DNA of 63,867 bases, the filler included, from Collodictyon triciliatum (lineage: Eukaryota), in NCBI GenBank assembly GCA_043381765.1. It is 8 parts of 8 records of this genome, joined end to end, with 100 filler letters (N's around TTAATTAATTAA, not from the genome) between each part and the next. Parts side by side here need not be neighbours in the genome. Positions count along the whole stretch, not along the records: positions 9,611 to 19,122 come from JBHJMP010002980.1; positions 19,223 to 28,729 come from JBHJMP010002981.1; positions 28,830 to 38,330 come from JBHJMP010002982.1; 5 more parts are not named here. The stretch is one strand, 5' to 3'. A program made the translations under genes and the position numbers. Below, one piece after another: positions 10,409 to 32,900 of the stretch. How positions within the stretch are numbered: the stretch's first letter is position 1; each line of letters opens with the position of its first letter. The notes under the pieces were generated by a model. It saw only the letters and a list, made by a program, of their open reading frames with translations. It had not been told where the DNA came from and did not search any database.

Positions 10409-12746
10409 ATGGCTCCGTCGCTCCTATCTGCCTTCATCGTCCTTGGACTCGCTTTCGCATTTGGTGTGTTTTTTCTTCAAGAGCGCATCCCACACAGGCA
10501 AGAGCTCATTTTTGGCTGAAGGAATCCGCCAAGGCTTGATGAACAAATTATTTATTTACTCATCTTCATTTCCAGCTTCGTCTTGCTTTAACTTTTTTTA
10601 TATTCTTACTGACAACCCCCTTTACATTTACATTTTTTTTTAACTATTTGATGTACTTGTTGTAATTCGTTTCTATGATCTTTTGATTTTCGCATAAGCG
10701 AGATAGTTCAGTAACACTTGTGTAGTTTGCTCCAATGAGCGACTTTGTGCGGCTGGATGAATATATTTCCCTTCGCATGTCCTGAATTCAACTTCTTCGA
10801 ACTTATTGCCAAAAACCAACATCTCTACTATCCTCCACATCCTGGTCGGAAAACCAACAATAGAGTTATTGATGCACCCAAGCATCGCCCTCTGACGGGG
10901 GTATTCGCACCGTCCCAGCTCGTGAAAGACAAACGATACATCCACCTTTTCAAGAACCAGCTGAAGCATCCGGAAGCGGTTGCATTTGACCCTCAGGGAT
11001 GGGTCTACACTGGCACGCGTGACGGAAACATACATCGGTTTCCACATGATTGTGTGGTCTGTAGATTTATTACAAGACCGGGTCACTCTTTCCTTCTGCT
11101 CCGCTGCTTGGCCCTTCCACGGATTGGTTGGCTTGCTGCGATGCAAAACAATCGTTTATAGGCGTTCCTAAAACAGCTATTTATCTTTCAAGATGCATTT
11201 ATTTTAAATACTTTCATAGTTTGCTTATTTCTTTTTTGACGACAGACGTTTGATGACAAGTGTACTCTTGAAATAATCGCAAATACTGGAGGGCGGCCTC
11301 TCGGACTTGTTGTGGACTCTGAGTCCAATCTTCTGATCGCAGATGGTGTCAGAGGACTCCTGAAAATGGATCCATCAGGAGGCATCAAAATTCTGGCCAC
11401 GCATGCTGATGACGGCTCTGTCATCAAATTTGCTGATGTACATTTGATATAGATGGCTGATTACTCACCAAATCTTTCTTTCTTTTTGGGTTGGGTGATT
11501 TAAATACAAAATAACCCATAGGATGTGGCGGTGGCATCCGACGGAAGTATTTACTTGTCTGACGCGTGCCACTACACTCCGATTGAGACAGAGAAGCTAG
11601 GAGACTTTGAGGCCCTCCTACCGTCTTTATGGTGTGGGTTGGAAGGAATTCCCTCTGGTTTGCATTGAGTTCAACAAGATGATTCATAAATACATGCATA
11701 CTCAACTATCACAATGCCGCCATTTCATCCAGACATCTAACATAGATTGACTCAAGACATCACTAGTTATAACATGTCATGTGGATGGTTTATCTTTTGA
11801 CATTCGTCACATGGTGGACATTTCGATTATATAGGAAGAATTCTCAGATACAACCCAGCGACGAACTCAGCGCAAACTATCGTATCTGGGATCTATTTTG
11901 CTAATGGAGTTGGCAAGTTTTACCTCCTATTTAGTTCCATTTAATTTCTGTATTGCCACCAAAAAGCCTCAGAACATTTTTTCGAATTTCTTTTTTAACT
12001 CACCCGTGAGCAAACCTCGGTGAATTAAAAAAATTGTGCTACCATTTTTTTTTTTTTGCACCTGCAGCACTAAGCGATGACGAGTCGTTCCTGGTCATAT
12101 CGGAGACGCACAAAGCTCGCCTTTTGAAATATCAGATTAATGGGCCCGATGCTGGCAAGGTTTCTGTCTTTGCAGACCAGCTTCCAGGCTTTCCTGACAA
12201 TGTGCGACCTGGGCCCGAAGGAACGTAATGGATAACTAGCCCTTTTTCCCCCTAAAAATAATGAGGAAGCATTTCAAATGAACGATTTGTACTTCCTTTC
12301 CCTGTCTAGTTTTTGGGTGGCCATTGTATCACCACCGAATCCCATTCTGGACATAACATCCAAGTATCCTATTGTACGTTGGGTTCTTTCGAAAGTTGCC
12401 CATCTTGTGCCCATTCTCGATCATTACAGCTTGGTTATTAAACTGGTAGGTGGTTAAGAGATGTCAATCACTGTTATGATTTTCAACTTTTTTTTTATGG
12501 AACCTCCTTTTTCACGCATTTGTACGTGCGTGCTGTGTCTCTCTGCGCATGCTTCTTCGGGACATACTAACCTGATATGTCGCTCATGACGAATAGGATT
12601 CTGAGGGCCAACCTCTGGCATCATTCCATGACCCCAGTGGGGTTTGTATGCCACAACCAACGCATGTGTCCGAGCATAATGGGCGACTATGGACAGGGAC
12701 AATCGGAGAGAACCATTTAACCGTTTGTCTGGACTGCCTCTCATGA
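10409..12746 (+). CDS. Strictosidine synthase-like / APMAP-family (SMP-30/gluconolactonase fold) protein, multi-exon
   Basis: Hydrophobic N-terminus MAPSLLSAFIVLGLAFAFG; then HPEAVAFDPQGWVYTGTRDG, TGGRPLGL, IKFADDVAVASDGSIYLSDA, IYFANGVALSDDESFLVISET, LPGFPDNVR, FWVAI and SFHDPSG...VSEHNGRLWTG. The 5' exon structure is less certain. Confidence 0.88.
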
Positions 12747-13681
12747 GATAAGCACTTTTCTGCCACGCACGCAACGTTGTCGAGATAAAAGATCTCTCAT
12801 CATTATGAGTGCCAAAACAAAAAGCTGCTTAAAACTCCCCTTCAGTATGCAACCACAACTCGATACGTGTTAAAACTCTGACGCGTATGTATTGGAGAAG
12901 ATGACCAACTTAATAATCATTTGGCACTGAAAATTTCACATCAAAATTATCTTCTGTTCATGTTTCCTCCGTGTGGTTGGCGTGGCCTTTCAGATTGTGA
13001 AATATTCATCATTGTTGCCATTTCAATATTTTTTTTCTCGCATGTTTCAGTTGACATGGCATTTCGGACAAAGCGGATGACTCACGTAGATGCGGTGATA
13101 TTGAAAATTTTTGCATAAATCCAACGACAGTCTACAAGAGAAGTTCACACAAGCATTTCAATTACAATTCCTGACCACATGATACGAAGTCTAGGAAAGA
13201 TATGCTCAGGAAGGAATAGAAACTGCAATACTATACAAATATGATCTCCTTTTTGTTGAGACGAAAATATTGATGAGGTTTCGGTGTATTAATGACTAGC
13301 TGGTGTGTCAACGTATCATATTTCACGAGCCCATCTCAACATGGACTCGACCAAGTAGCAAAGTTGATGGAAGCTGTCGACCTTGGCAAAGCCGAACTAG
13401 TATCATAAATGTTTGCAAAATATTTTTTTTTCATCGTGTCAAAATAAACAATCAGATTGATTCTATAGAGCGAAAAGAAATAGACTTGACAAGTTTTTGA
13501 AAGAACATACGCATGCAGGCCCACGCCCAAGCCATATGAACAGAGAATCTCTATTGAAGAATACTGTATTGTAAGTTATATGCAAAACATGAAGAAGAAA
13601 AAATATGACCACAGAAAGGTTGAGTAAATTGATACAAGTGAAAATGCACCAACAAAGTCACCTTGATATTGCTGTCCAACG

Positions 13682-18986
<5,305 letters not shown>

Positions 18987-19048
18987 CTGGGTGCCCTGGT
19001 AGATCTACAAAGCGTGTGTGAAGATTGTTTTCAGAACGATGACTTGAT

Positions 19049-19115
<67 letters not shown>

Positions 19116-19226
19116 GCCTTTCNNNNNNNNNNNNNNNNNNNNNNNNNNNNNNNNNNNNNNNNNNNNTTAATTAATTAANNNNNNNNNNNNNNNNNNNNNN
19201 NNNNNNNNNNNNNNNNNNNNNNTTTT

Positions 19227-19297
<71 letters not shown>

Positions 19298-19366
19298 ATT
19301 TACTCATCTTGATCCGTTTTTCTTCTCTTGTTTGGTCTGTTATTGTAACGTCAAACAGAGTTGAAG

Positions 19367-23393
<4,027 letters not shown>

Positions 23394-24588
23394 TGGTTGT
23401 ACCACAGAATATGTTCTTTTTTATATTTTTTTTTGTGTGTTTCTATGTATGAAGCTTCATACCCATCGATAATTTCAATAAAGCAAGGCAAATTCATGCC
23501 TAAATTAATTAAATACCTTATCTACATACCAACTATATTACGTATCGTCGTATTTGAGTGCACATAAAGCTATTCATCAGCATTAGCATACATATACCTG
23601 AAAAGAAGAAACATAGATGCGCGATGTAATCAAATACATGTATTGAAGAAAAAATAAAAACACAGATTAGCTTTATTATCGCATTCTGGTCACAGCGCCG
23701 CAAGTTTAAATTTTGATATTCAGTAATAAACTCTGACGCTAGCCAACGCCATATAAGAGATTCTTTTGACACTTACCCACATCCCCTTTTCGCTAATCAA
23801 TCAAAAAATTGCGACTCTGTTTCAACTTATTAATCGAGAAGCTGTATTGCACGAAGCTCTGCACTGTGAATAGATTGTTTCTCGTCTTATCGAGTTGTTG
23901 GAGCAAGAGGAAGCCAGCAAACACCTTGAAGACTTCAGCGTAAGTCCCGTTGTGACTGCCCAGGGCGCTTCAGAGTCGTGGCCATTCTGCATTTCAGACC
24001 AAATAGGATGTCAGACACATAGATTCCGTGGGGTAGTGGCCGTGCAGCGTGATTCAAGAGCAATCGCACATTCATCACATCTTGTATACAAGGTCTTGTG
24101 TTTCAAACACGATAGGCTCGTAGGCTATTCCAAGGGTGGTAGATTTGCACACATATATATACCTCAGTCTTTCTCAGTCTTTCTCGGTCTTTCTCAGTCT
24201 TTCTCTTCGTCTCTCTCTCCGTCTCTCTCTCCGTCTCTCTGTTGACCTCTCTCCACACGCTCCCATCCGCAGGGCTTGCGCGTTAAAAAACATGCGGATG
24301 ACAGACGGAGTTCTTTAGGGAAATGATTTACGTAGAGTCATCTAATATCATACCAGGAATTAGTTGGGTGATTGGCGAATCTTTTTGTTGGAGTATATGC
24401 GGGCAATTCGTAGACCTGGAAGGAGGTGGCCAACGCAATGATTTCGAGTGTTTGTCGCAGTATCCAGCTGGCGTTGTGTGGTTAATATTACATATTCGCT
24501 TCTCCATATATCAATCATAATATGTCTGGTATCTGAAGAATGGCTCATTTTCCATACCACGCATTTTATCTGATGTGCTGGAGAATGG

Positions 24589-27500
24589 TTATGCAGTCAA
24601 AAGAGTAATGATGAAAAGGCCACACAAGAGGTATTCCAACATCTGCGCATAGATTACAATAGAAATCTNNNNNNNNNNNNNNNNNNNNNNNNNNNNNNNN
24701 NNNNNNNNNNNNNNNNNNNNNNNNNNNNNNNNNNNNNNNNNNNNNNNNNNNNNNNNNNNNNNNNNNNNNNNNNNNNNNNNNNNNNNNNNNNNNNNNNNNN
24801 NNNNNNNNNNNNNNNNNNNNNNNNNNNNNNNNNNNNNNNNNNNNNNNNNNNNNNNNNNNNNNNNNNNNNNNNNNNNNNNNNNNNNNNNNNNNNNNNNNNN
24901 NNNNNNNNNNNNNNNNNNNNNNNNNNNNNNNNNNNNNNNNNNNNNNNNNNNNNNNNNNNNNNNNNNNNNNNNNNNNNNNNNNNNNNNNNNNNNNNNNNNN
25001 NNNNNNNNNNNNNNNNNNNNNNNNNNNNNNNNNNNNNNNNNNNNNNNNNNNNNNNNNNNNNNNNNNNNNNNNNNNNNNNNNNNNNNNNNNNNNNNNNNNN
25101 NNNNNNNNNNNNNNNNNNNNNNNNNNNNNNNNNNNNNNNNNNNNNNNNNNNNNNNNNNNNNNNNNNNNNNNNNNNNNGGGTACAGTCCTCCTGAAAGCGC
25201 ACCTACGCAGATAAAGCACAGGTTAGTTCATATACATATGATATGCACCCACGTATAGATAGATAAACAGGTAACCAGACGAATAGGTAACCAGAAAGTA
25301 TTCGATGACAAGGAAACAACCGGACCTGTTTTTTAGGAGGTGCCTCCACACGCGGTGTCGTCCCAGAGGCGCTCATAGGACCTTCACCAACACCATCGCT
25401 TTTACCTACACCCTCGGGGGACAAAGATTGGACTGCTTGCGCGACATGTGCCGAATTCAAGACAGCAGACGGGCGACTGTGCGCAACAGGGACTGGGTTT
25501 GGTGGAGCCACCTGAAGACGGGCGATACCTTGTGCTATGTGGAGTGGGGCAGGCTCTGTTGTCTGTCCTGCAGAGACAAAATGCTCTTGCGTGTGAAGTG
25601 GCCCGTATGTAGTGGGAATCTGGTACTGTGGGATGAAGACTGGGGCCTGCTTTGGCGGCGCAAATTCAATGGGCCGGCCGCCTGATTGATCGACGTTTTG
25701 TGTCTCGGGAATCGCACCTGCATTCTTTCTGCTGGCCGTCTGTTTGATTGGAGTGTAGGCTGCATGAGTTGCTTCTCCATTCTGCGAGAATTCAGCTGGA
25801 GTTGCTGTACGCAACTTGGGCTCTGATACAACGCGACGGACTCCAAAGAAGGAGAATGCACGGCTCTCTTTGTCTTTGTCCTTGTCCTTATCCTTATCCT
25901 TATCCTTATCCTTATCCTTGACCTTATCCTTGTTCTTTTCCTTGTCCTTGGTGCGGTTGCTTTCATCGTGACCAAGACTTCGAGATGGCCTCCGGTTCGC
26001 TTTCGCACTCTCTACAGGCGGGCTGCTGGTAAAAGTGGCGTAGCTTGTGTGGCTAGAGTCGATTTGCTCCTTCAAGGCAGACAGCGGGTCAGTCGGTCGG
26101 CTCTCAGACGAATCTCCGCCATCGTCGTCCCTCTTCTTTCTGGTCGTCAAGTTCTTTATAAACTTTGGTATCTTGAGCCGGCTGTCGGACTGCGTCCTCC
26201 GAAGAGGCTTGTGGTTCGGCTCTGAGGGTGGTATTTGGTTGTTGGCCGAAGATGGCTTCTGTGCCGATGTGTTGGGTGCCAAAATGGTGTTTGTGGATGA
26301 ATTAGATGAAGCTACCGAGCCTGTTTCAGCTCTCATCTGGAATGCATGTGCTGTGGGCGGAGACTCTGTGTTTGCCGGGCTTTGCTTTGCCTTCGTTGTA
26401 CTATCCCGCATCAAAGGCGACCCCACTTGGACTGAGTGCGACGGTTGGAGCTGCCGTGTCTTTTTCTGGGGTGTTGCAGCTGCCTTATCGTGGGCCTCGT
26501 CTGGGGTGTTTGTTTGTTGCGTTGCTCCTTGTTTGCTCCGTACTGTGACGTATGGGGTTGTAATGGGCTCATTTTGAAGTCCAGGGTTTGTGTCTGAAGT
26601 CGTCTTTGTTGTTGTCGATGTTTTGGCTTCACAGAGGTCCTGATATGCCCAACGTAGGGTTGAGAGTGATTTTTCAGCCTCTACCCGCTGCTTCGACTCT
26701 TTCTCAAGCTTAATCTGGCATGTGATATGATTTGATTTTTTGTAGAATAAAAAAAAAAGGTTTTAAATTTTGCTTCTTTGTTTAATTTTCTGGATAAAAT
26801 TATGTTTTCCCTCCTTTGACATTACTGAATCGGTCTTAAAAAAAGAGAGAAGGAAATCTGGTATTTCAAATCATCTAACTTATAATTATCAAAAAAAAAA
26901 ATAAAGTAATGATAAATAGCTTAACAATCTTACCTTCGATGCCTTTAGCTCAGATTGGAGCCATTCGATCATTCTTTGTGAAGAGGACTCTGAGTCAGCA
27001 TGTTGTCCTTGTCTGGCCAACTCGGATATCTGAGGGACATATGAGATAAAAGATAAAAGCGCGCAGAAAAATATGAATCGAAAAATGATACTTGATCTCT
27101 AAGTCTTCGGTTCTCCTCTTCACAGGACTTGTAGGTCTTGTAGCAATCCTCCAGCTTTATCATGGCTTCCCTAGTCTGGTTCTCAGCCGTAATTCTCTTT
27201 TCCACCTCGATGTCAAGTATAGCCTATTGTGTGTCGTTGTATTTGTTGAGTTATAAAACCCAATCAAGTTATGATAGCCTTCATCCAAGTATCATTTTTG
27301 GAAAATAAACAGGATAATGTTACGATGCTTTTGTTTGTTACTAAATATGAATTGAAATTGAAGAAACGAATAAAGGGAAAAATAAATTGAAATTGAAGAA
27401 AAGCATGAGAGCTCAATGAACTTTGCAAGATGATAAAGAATATGATGACGGTTATGGTAGAATAAACACACTTGTAATTCGGACAACTTTTTTTGATATA

Positions 27501-27869
27501 GCCATATATCCATTTGGTATCTCTCTGCCATTTCATCAGACTCTGTCATGTGGCCCCTTTCTTGTGACGGTGGGCCGAGACCTGCGTTATTATTTTTCAT
27601 TTCAACCACACCATATTATTTTTTTTTCGGCATGAATTCCCGTAGGATTCAACTTAATTATTACTTAATAAATAAGCGCCTGAGTGACGAATATGAATTA
27701 ATGAATTAAAGAATAATTGAAAATATTAAAATACAGATAAATAAATCATTAATAAAAATAAATAAAGTGAGAAAGAAAGAAAGAAAGAAGCACTTATCAA
27801 TTTAGATATAATTAAAGAAGACACTCAGAAATGATTCATTATAAAAAGGATTATAAGCACTACAGCAAA

Positions 27870-27938
<69 letters not shown>

Positions 27939-28181
27939 TTCGAAATGCAGGGGGAAAACAAAAGAATGACCTGAGTCGTAAGGGCCTGAGCCTTGTGCAG
28001 AGTATGTCAACTTCCGGGCGCTTCCAGAGGCAAACGGCCTCTCACTTTTTCCGCGGCGATCGGCCTTCTCTGAGGATGAACTGCGCTTTTGGCGCTGCCC
28101 GCTCTGCAAAGTCGATCCAGCCAAAGGCGCCGAAGAACTCTCGGGTGACCACGACTCGAAGCTCTCCCCGTGGCGGGACAT
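24589..28181 (-). CDS. Hypothetical coiled-coil, low-complexity protein with a putative C-terminal transmembrane anchor (interrupted by the N gap 24669-25177)
   Basis: Exons: MSRHGESFES..., ESDEMAERYQMDIWLYQKKLSELQ, EKRITAENQTREAMIKLEDCYKTYKSCEEENRRLRDQ, a ~1.3-kb Ser/Pro/Thr-rich exon with a DKDKDK run, VRFQEDCT, and after the gap CAG|MLEYLLCGLFIITLLTA*. Confidence 0.6.
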
Positions 28182-28829
28182 TCTGAATGAAGAGTGTGTC
28201 GTATTGAGTCAGGCGGCTTCCTTTGCTGTTGCGCTCCCGCTGTTTGGGCGGCTTCTAAGCGATGTTTGCAGCGGGCGGGATTTTCTTTGGATTGGGGTGG
28301 ATGGCCGCGCGTGAGCAATATGTCGCAGTATTTTAGTTGTCACATAAAATAGAGTATATATTACTAAAAATAAAATAAAAAAAGCTGCACAAAATTGAAA
28401 GGAAGAATAAAAAAAATAAAAAAAAAAATAGAGTATATCGGGCGTGTCATTGTGCTCGTGGTTGTGTTGTTCATGGGTGGGATTGACTTGCTCTCAGCTT
28501 GATTGTCCCTTCAATCGTGTAAGTCTGGAGGTTCTTTGTTGAGTTGGGTGTCTATGCTGTTTTGGCGATCTATTTCTTTATCGAAGCCTTTTCTTTTTCC
28601 TTTTCTTTTTCCTTTTCTCTTTCTTTTTCTTTTTCTTTTTTTATTTTTTCTTTTTTTATTTTTTCTTTTTTTATTTTTTCTTTTTTTATTTTTTCTTTTT
28701 TTATTTTTTCTTTTTTTATTTTTTCTTTTNNNNNNNNNNNNNNNNNNNNNNNNNNNNNNNNNNNNNNNNNNNNTTAATTAATTAANNNNNNNNNNNNNNN
28801 NNNNNNNNNNNNNNNNNNNNNNNNNNNNN

Positions 28830-28990
28830 ATCCTCAAACCTTGACTATTGGAAGTCCAAGGTTTCTTTCCCGTCCTTTTTCTTCTTTTATATATTTACAT
28901 TGATTTTGGTATTATTTTTTTTTTTTATGGTCGTTACTCGCAACACTTTGAAATTAATTTAACCCAAAAAAAAAAAAAAAAAAAAAAAAA
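28830..28990 (+). repeat. Near-exact duplicate of 31018-31166 (PDE exon end plus intron)
   Basis: ATCCTCAAACCTTGACTATTGGAAGTCCAAGG...TTAATTTAACCCAAAA occurs at both places, differing only in homopolymer lengths. Confidence 0.92.
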
Positions 28991-29006
28991 ATATTTAAAA
29001 ATTTTT

Positions 29007-29045
<39 letters not shown>

Positions 29046-29061
29046 TTTGTTTGTTTGTCAG

Positions 29062-31341
29062 ATTTGACACCAGTAGAAATTATTGATGAGGATTTCGCAA
29101 CCGCAGCCAAAGTGTCGCAATTGCGAGTGAGAACTGACTCGACCTCTAACAAGCGCGGTTCGGTTGTTATACAGTCTCGAAAGATGATAACTAATTCCTT
29201 GACCACGGATCAAATGTGAGTATATTTAACCACTGGCATAATCTTATTTTTTTGAGTTTCATTGTTTATCGATGATTTGATTATACTATTTGCCACGATT
29301 CTCGTAGGAGTGATAAACTTCAATTCCTTATGGATGGTATCGATTCCTGGAACTTTGATATCATCGCATTCCATGAAGAAACAAAAGGTTTTTGTATCGA
29401 ATGATTTTATTGAATTCATCCTGTTATTCTAAATTTAATTTTACTTTAATATGAAAACTGACAATATATTTTATGTATTACCACTCGATAGGACATTCTC
29501 TGTACGTTCTTTCCTATGAAATATTTAAGCGTTACAACTTCTTAAACGAATTCAGAATCAATGATAACGTATTATTTTTTATTTTTTTTTTACATATCTA
29601 TTCGTGAGTCATATATCATTTGAAACACTTTCATGAGCCAATTCTATTTTTCTCCTTCATCTTTACGATGAGTGAAACTAGATAATTACAACTAAGTTTG
29701 AAAACCATCAGGATTTGAAAAAATTCCTCTCTGCTGTGGAATACGGGTACATCAACCATCCGTATCACAATTCTTTACACGCCGCGGATGTATTACAATC
29801 CTTCCACTGCTTGATTTCCACTGGCGGACTTCTTCAGTAAAATTTATCTTTTGAGACACATTATTTTCATTGCGATGAAATACAACTAGTTGTGACACTT
29901 TGGTCTATTCGATTAGGTATTTGGAGCCATATGAAATTTTCTCTTGCTTCTTGGCCAGTATCATACATGATTACAAACATCCTGGAGTGAACAATAACTT
30001 TCTTATCAGCACCGAAGATCCTCTATCTTTGACTTTTAATGATAATTCGGTAAAAAATTTCAAATTATAATCATGACAATAGCCGCGCAAACTATATGAA
30101 CACATTTCTTTCATTTCCTGATGGCTTTCGGTAATAATCCCTATACACGGTTTTGCTTTTGTCCAGGTCCTTGAAAACTATCATGTATCCGAGGCATTTC
30201 ATTTGATGTCCAAAGAACCATTTTGTATTCTAAAAAATTTACCAAAAGACATGTAAACCTCATTAAAATACTTGAAAAAAAAATTATTTTATTTGTAAAT
30301 TCACCAACCGCACGACGCAGTCCCCATACATATTTTCCCCCATCAAATATGCAAAACTTTGATTTATGCTAACTTTTGATATTGCCTTAAAGGAAAAGGA
30401 AAATTCGAAAGCTTATCATCGACCTGGTCCTTTCAACAGACATGTCTCGACATGCAGATATTATGGGTGCAATGAAGAATTCTTTAAGTGTTGGAGGTAA
30501 GACAATAGATCAATTCATTTAATCTATCAAATTATTTGATATTAACGAAGAATTTTTTTGTTTTTCTCTCTCTCGTATATGTGCGGATATCTCTTTATAT
30601 TTGGGTAAATTAATTCAAACCACACAGAATTATCTGGGAATACCTCAGATAGTCGGTTGCTCTTGATGAAAATGGCAATGAAACTATCGGACGTATCTAA
30701 TCCATCGAAAATTCTTCATGTTGCTCTGGAATGGACAAGGCGAATTTCGGATGAATTCTACACCCAAGTACATCACCTCGCAACTTTACTTCCCTACAAT
30801 ATTTTCTCCATCATCTATTCTTTTAATAGCTAAGTAATAGTTTTAATTTAAAGGGTGATAAAGAAAAAGAAAACAATCTTCCTGTCAGTCCATTCATGGA
30901 CCGGAGCGCGCCTGTTATTTCAAAGTCCCAAATCGGCTTCATCAGCTTCGTGGTGATGCCTCTGGCCGAACTATGGAACTCTGCCATGGGAACCGGACTT
31001 GATTGTCTGCAGAATCTATCCTCAAACCTTGACTATTGGAAGTCCAAGGTTTCTTTCCCGTCCTTTTTCTTCTTTTATATATTTACATTGATTTTGGTAT
31101 TATTTTTTTTTTTATGGTCGTTACTCGCAACACTTTGAAATTAATTTAACCCAAAAAAAAAAAAAAGGCCGAGGAAGAAGCTCTCGCTGCACAAGAAAAT
31201 GCCACGGTTCCTCTGAACTTTATTCCTCCCAGAGAACAATCTCCTGCTCACGATATCAAAATCAGCGGCTCTGATGAAAGTCTCCGCCCATCCCCATCAC
31301 CGCTGCCCGTCTCGGCAGTCTCACCAATCAGCGAATCTTGA
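29062..31341 (+). CDS. Class I 3',5'-cyclic nucleotide phosphodiesterase catalytic domain, 5'-partial
   Basis: WNFDI, PYHNSLHAADVLQ, IIHDYKHPGVNNNFL, SVLENYH, LVLSTDMSRH, KLSDVSNP, EFYTQGDKEK, PFMDR and SQIGFI across 10 GT-AG exons; TGA at 31339-31341. Confidence 0.95.
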
Positions 31342-31851
31342 TTAATTTTTATATCTATGTTATTGGTTCCAATGGTTTCTTATCACGAGTGGATGATCGC
31401 CTGCAAAGAAAAAACGATAATGGTGCTCTTGCAGCATTCGCTCAAGCTACTTGTCTTAATGTGCACGTCCAAAAGTTACAGTTATATATATTAAGTATTA
31501 TCTGCATCAAACTCACTTTTCTCTTTGTTTTTATATTCTGAAAACAAAATATTTGATTTTTTCTTACTTTTCCCCAGACGTATTCGCATTCTTTATGTTA
31601 TTATAAGTGTCTTCCATTTACATACATAAACTTTAATTTGTTCTCATCTTCACTTCGTTTATTAACTGAATATCATGGTTGAAATGTTGGGAAAATAAAG
31701 CAAATTTGTTGAAATAGAGCGATGAAAACCAAACCAAACATAATTCTTTGTTCTTATGAAAAAAAAATGAAAAGGAGAGGGGAAGATTTTTTTGAAGTCA
31801 TTGCAGAATATGAGAATCATAAGATAAGCGAACGATTCATTTGATGTCCAG

Positions 31852-32869
31852 TTAAACAGGATTTCGAACCAGAATGGTATTCAGAGTTATGTTCTGGGCA
31901 GAGATGGACTAATTGAATAAAAAATAATAATCAGATGCCTCTTCTTTCTTTCTTTTTTTTTTTAAGTAAATGAAGAAAAATTGGATCTCATGAAGATGGA
32001 ATGATGAAAAATAAAGTATTTCAAGAAAATGGTATCAAACTATACTTCTGATTCGATAAAATAGAGGGAAAAGAATACTGGATGTGGCGTGGCACTCGAT
32101 GCACCGGATGACTTCCACGGTCCCCCGAAAGCCTTTTTCTTGTCCTCCCTATGAATTTGTTTTTACTTTAATTATAATGACTTTATCCCTTTATCTTATT
32201 CTCTGGATAATCGTCTATCTGCATAATAGGATGCCAGTGAATGTAAAATCATATATTGCAATCTTACCGTGCCCTTTCAATTTCTAGTTTGTGCATTGTA
32301 TCGTATGGGCTTCCTTTGTACTCTGGAAACTTTTCAAACGAGCCTTTCATTCCCTGCAAATGATTTATTCCAGGATGTGATGAGGAACATTTCGATTAAA
32401 CGAAAGTGAAAATGAAAGAAAAGAAAAAAAACAATCGATCTAGAGAGGCAAATTATTAATACACTTAGTGGGACGTGGCTGGGATAGAACGGCTGTGTGA
32501 TGGGTTCGAGTTTCTGTGGTCGTTGTTTCATGGGTGGTATCGCTAATACGAAGTGAATCAAAGAATATTCTATGTTTCAAATCCATTCAAAAAAATACGT
32601 AAAAATGAAAGAGTGGTCTGAATTGATGAACTTTGTGCTTATCGCATCACAGATGATTATCGTCGTATGAACCTCGGTCGGATGTATAAATTTTTGATGC
32701 CGCAACATCCGGATAGGAATCAAAGAAATCAACAGATTTTGTCATAGACTTGAACACGCCTTCCAAGCGCTTCTTTTTCTCTGCCTCGTGCTGTTTCTGT
32801 GGAGAATTTGCGAGGTGATTATGAATGAATTAGAAAACACGGATTAAAAAAAACATTTTTTTCGAAATC

Positions 32870-32900
<31 letters not shown>

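Noticed and set aside
11038..11064. A 27-nt intron in the APMAP-like gene
   Set aside because: The phase then fails to match the next exon; a single intron from GTCTGT (11056) to 11245 gives a consistent frame.
13050..13400. Degenerate coding-like stretch (SLQEKFTQAFQLQF...ERYAQEGIETAILYKYDLLF)
   Set aside because: Multiple stops in every frame and no recognisable family.
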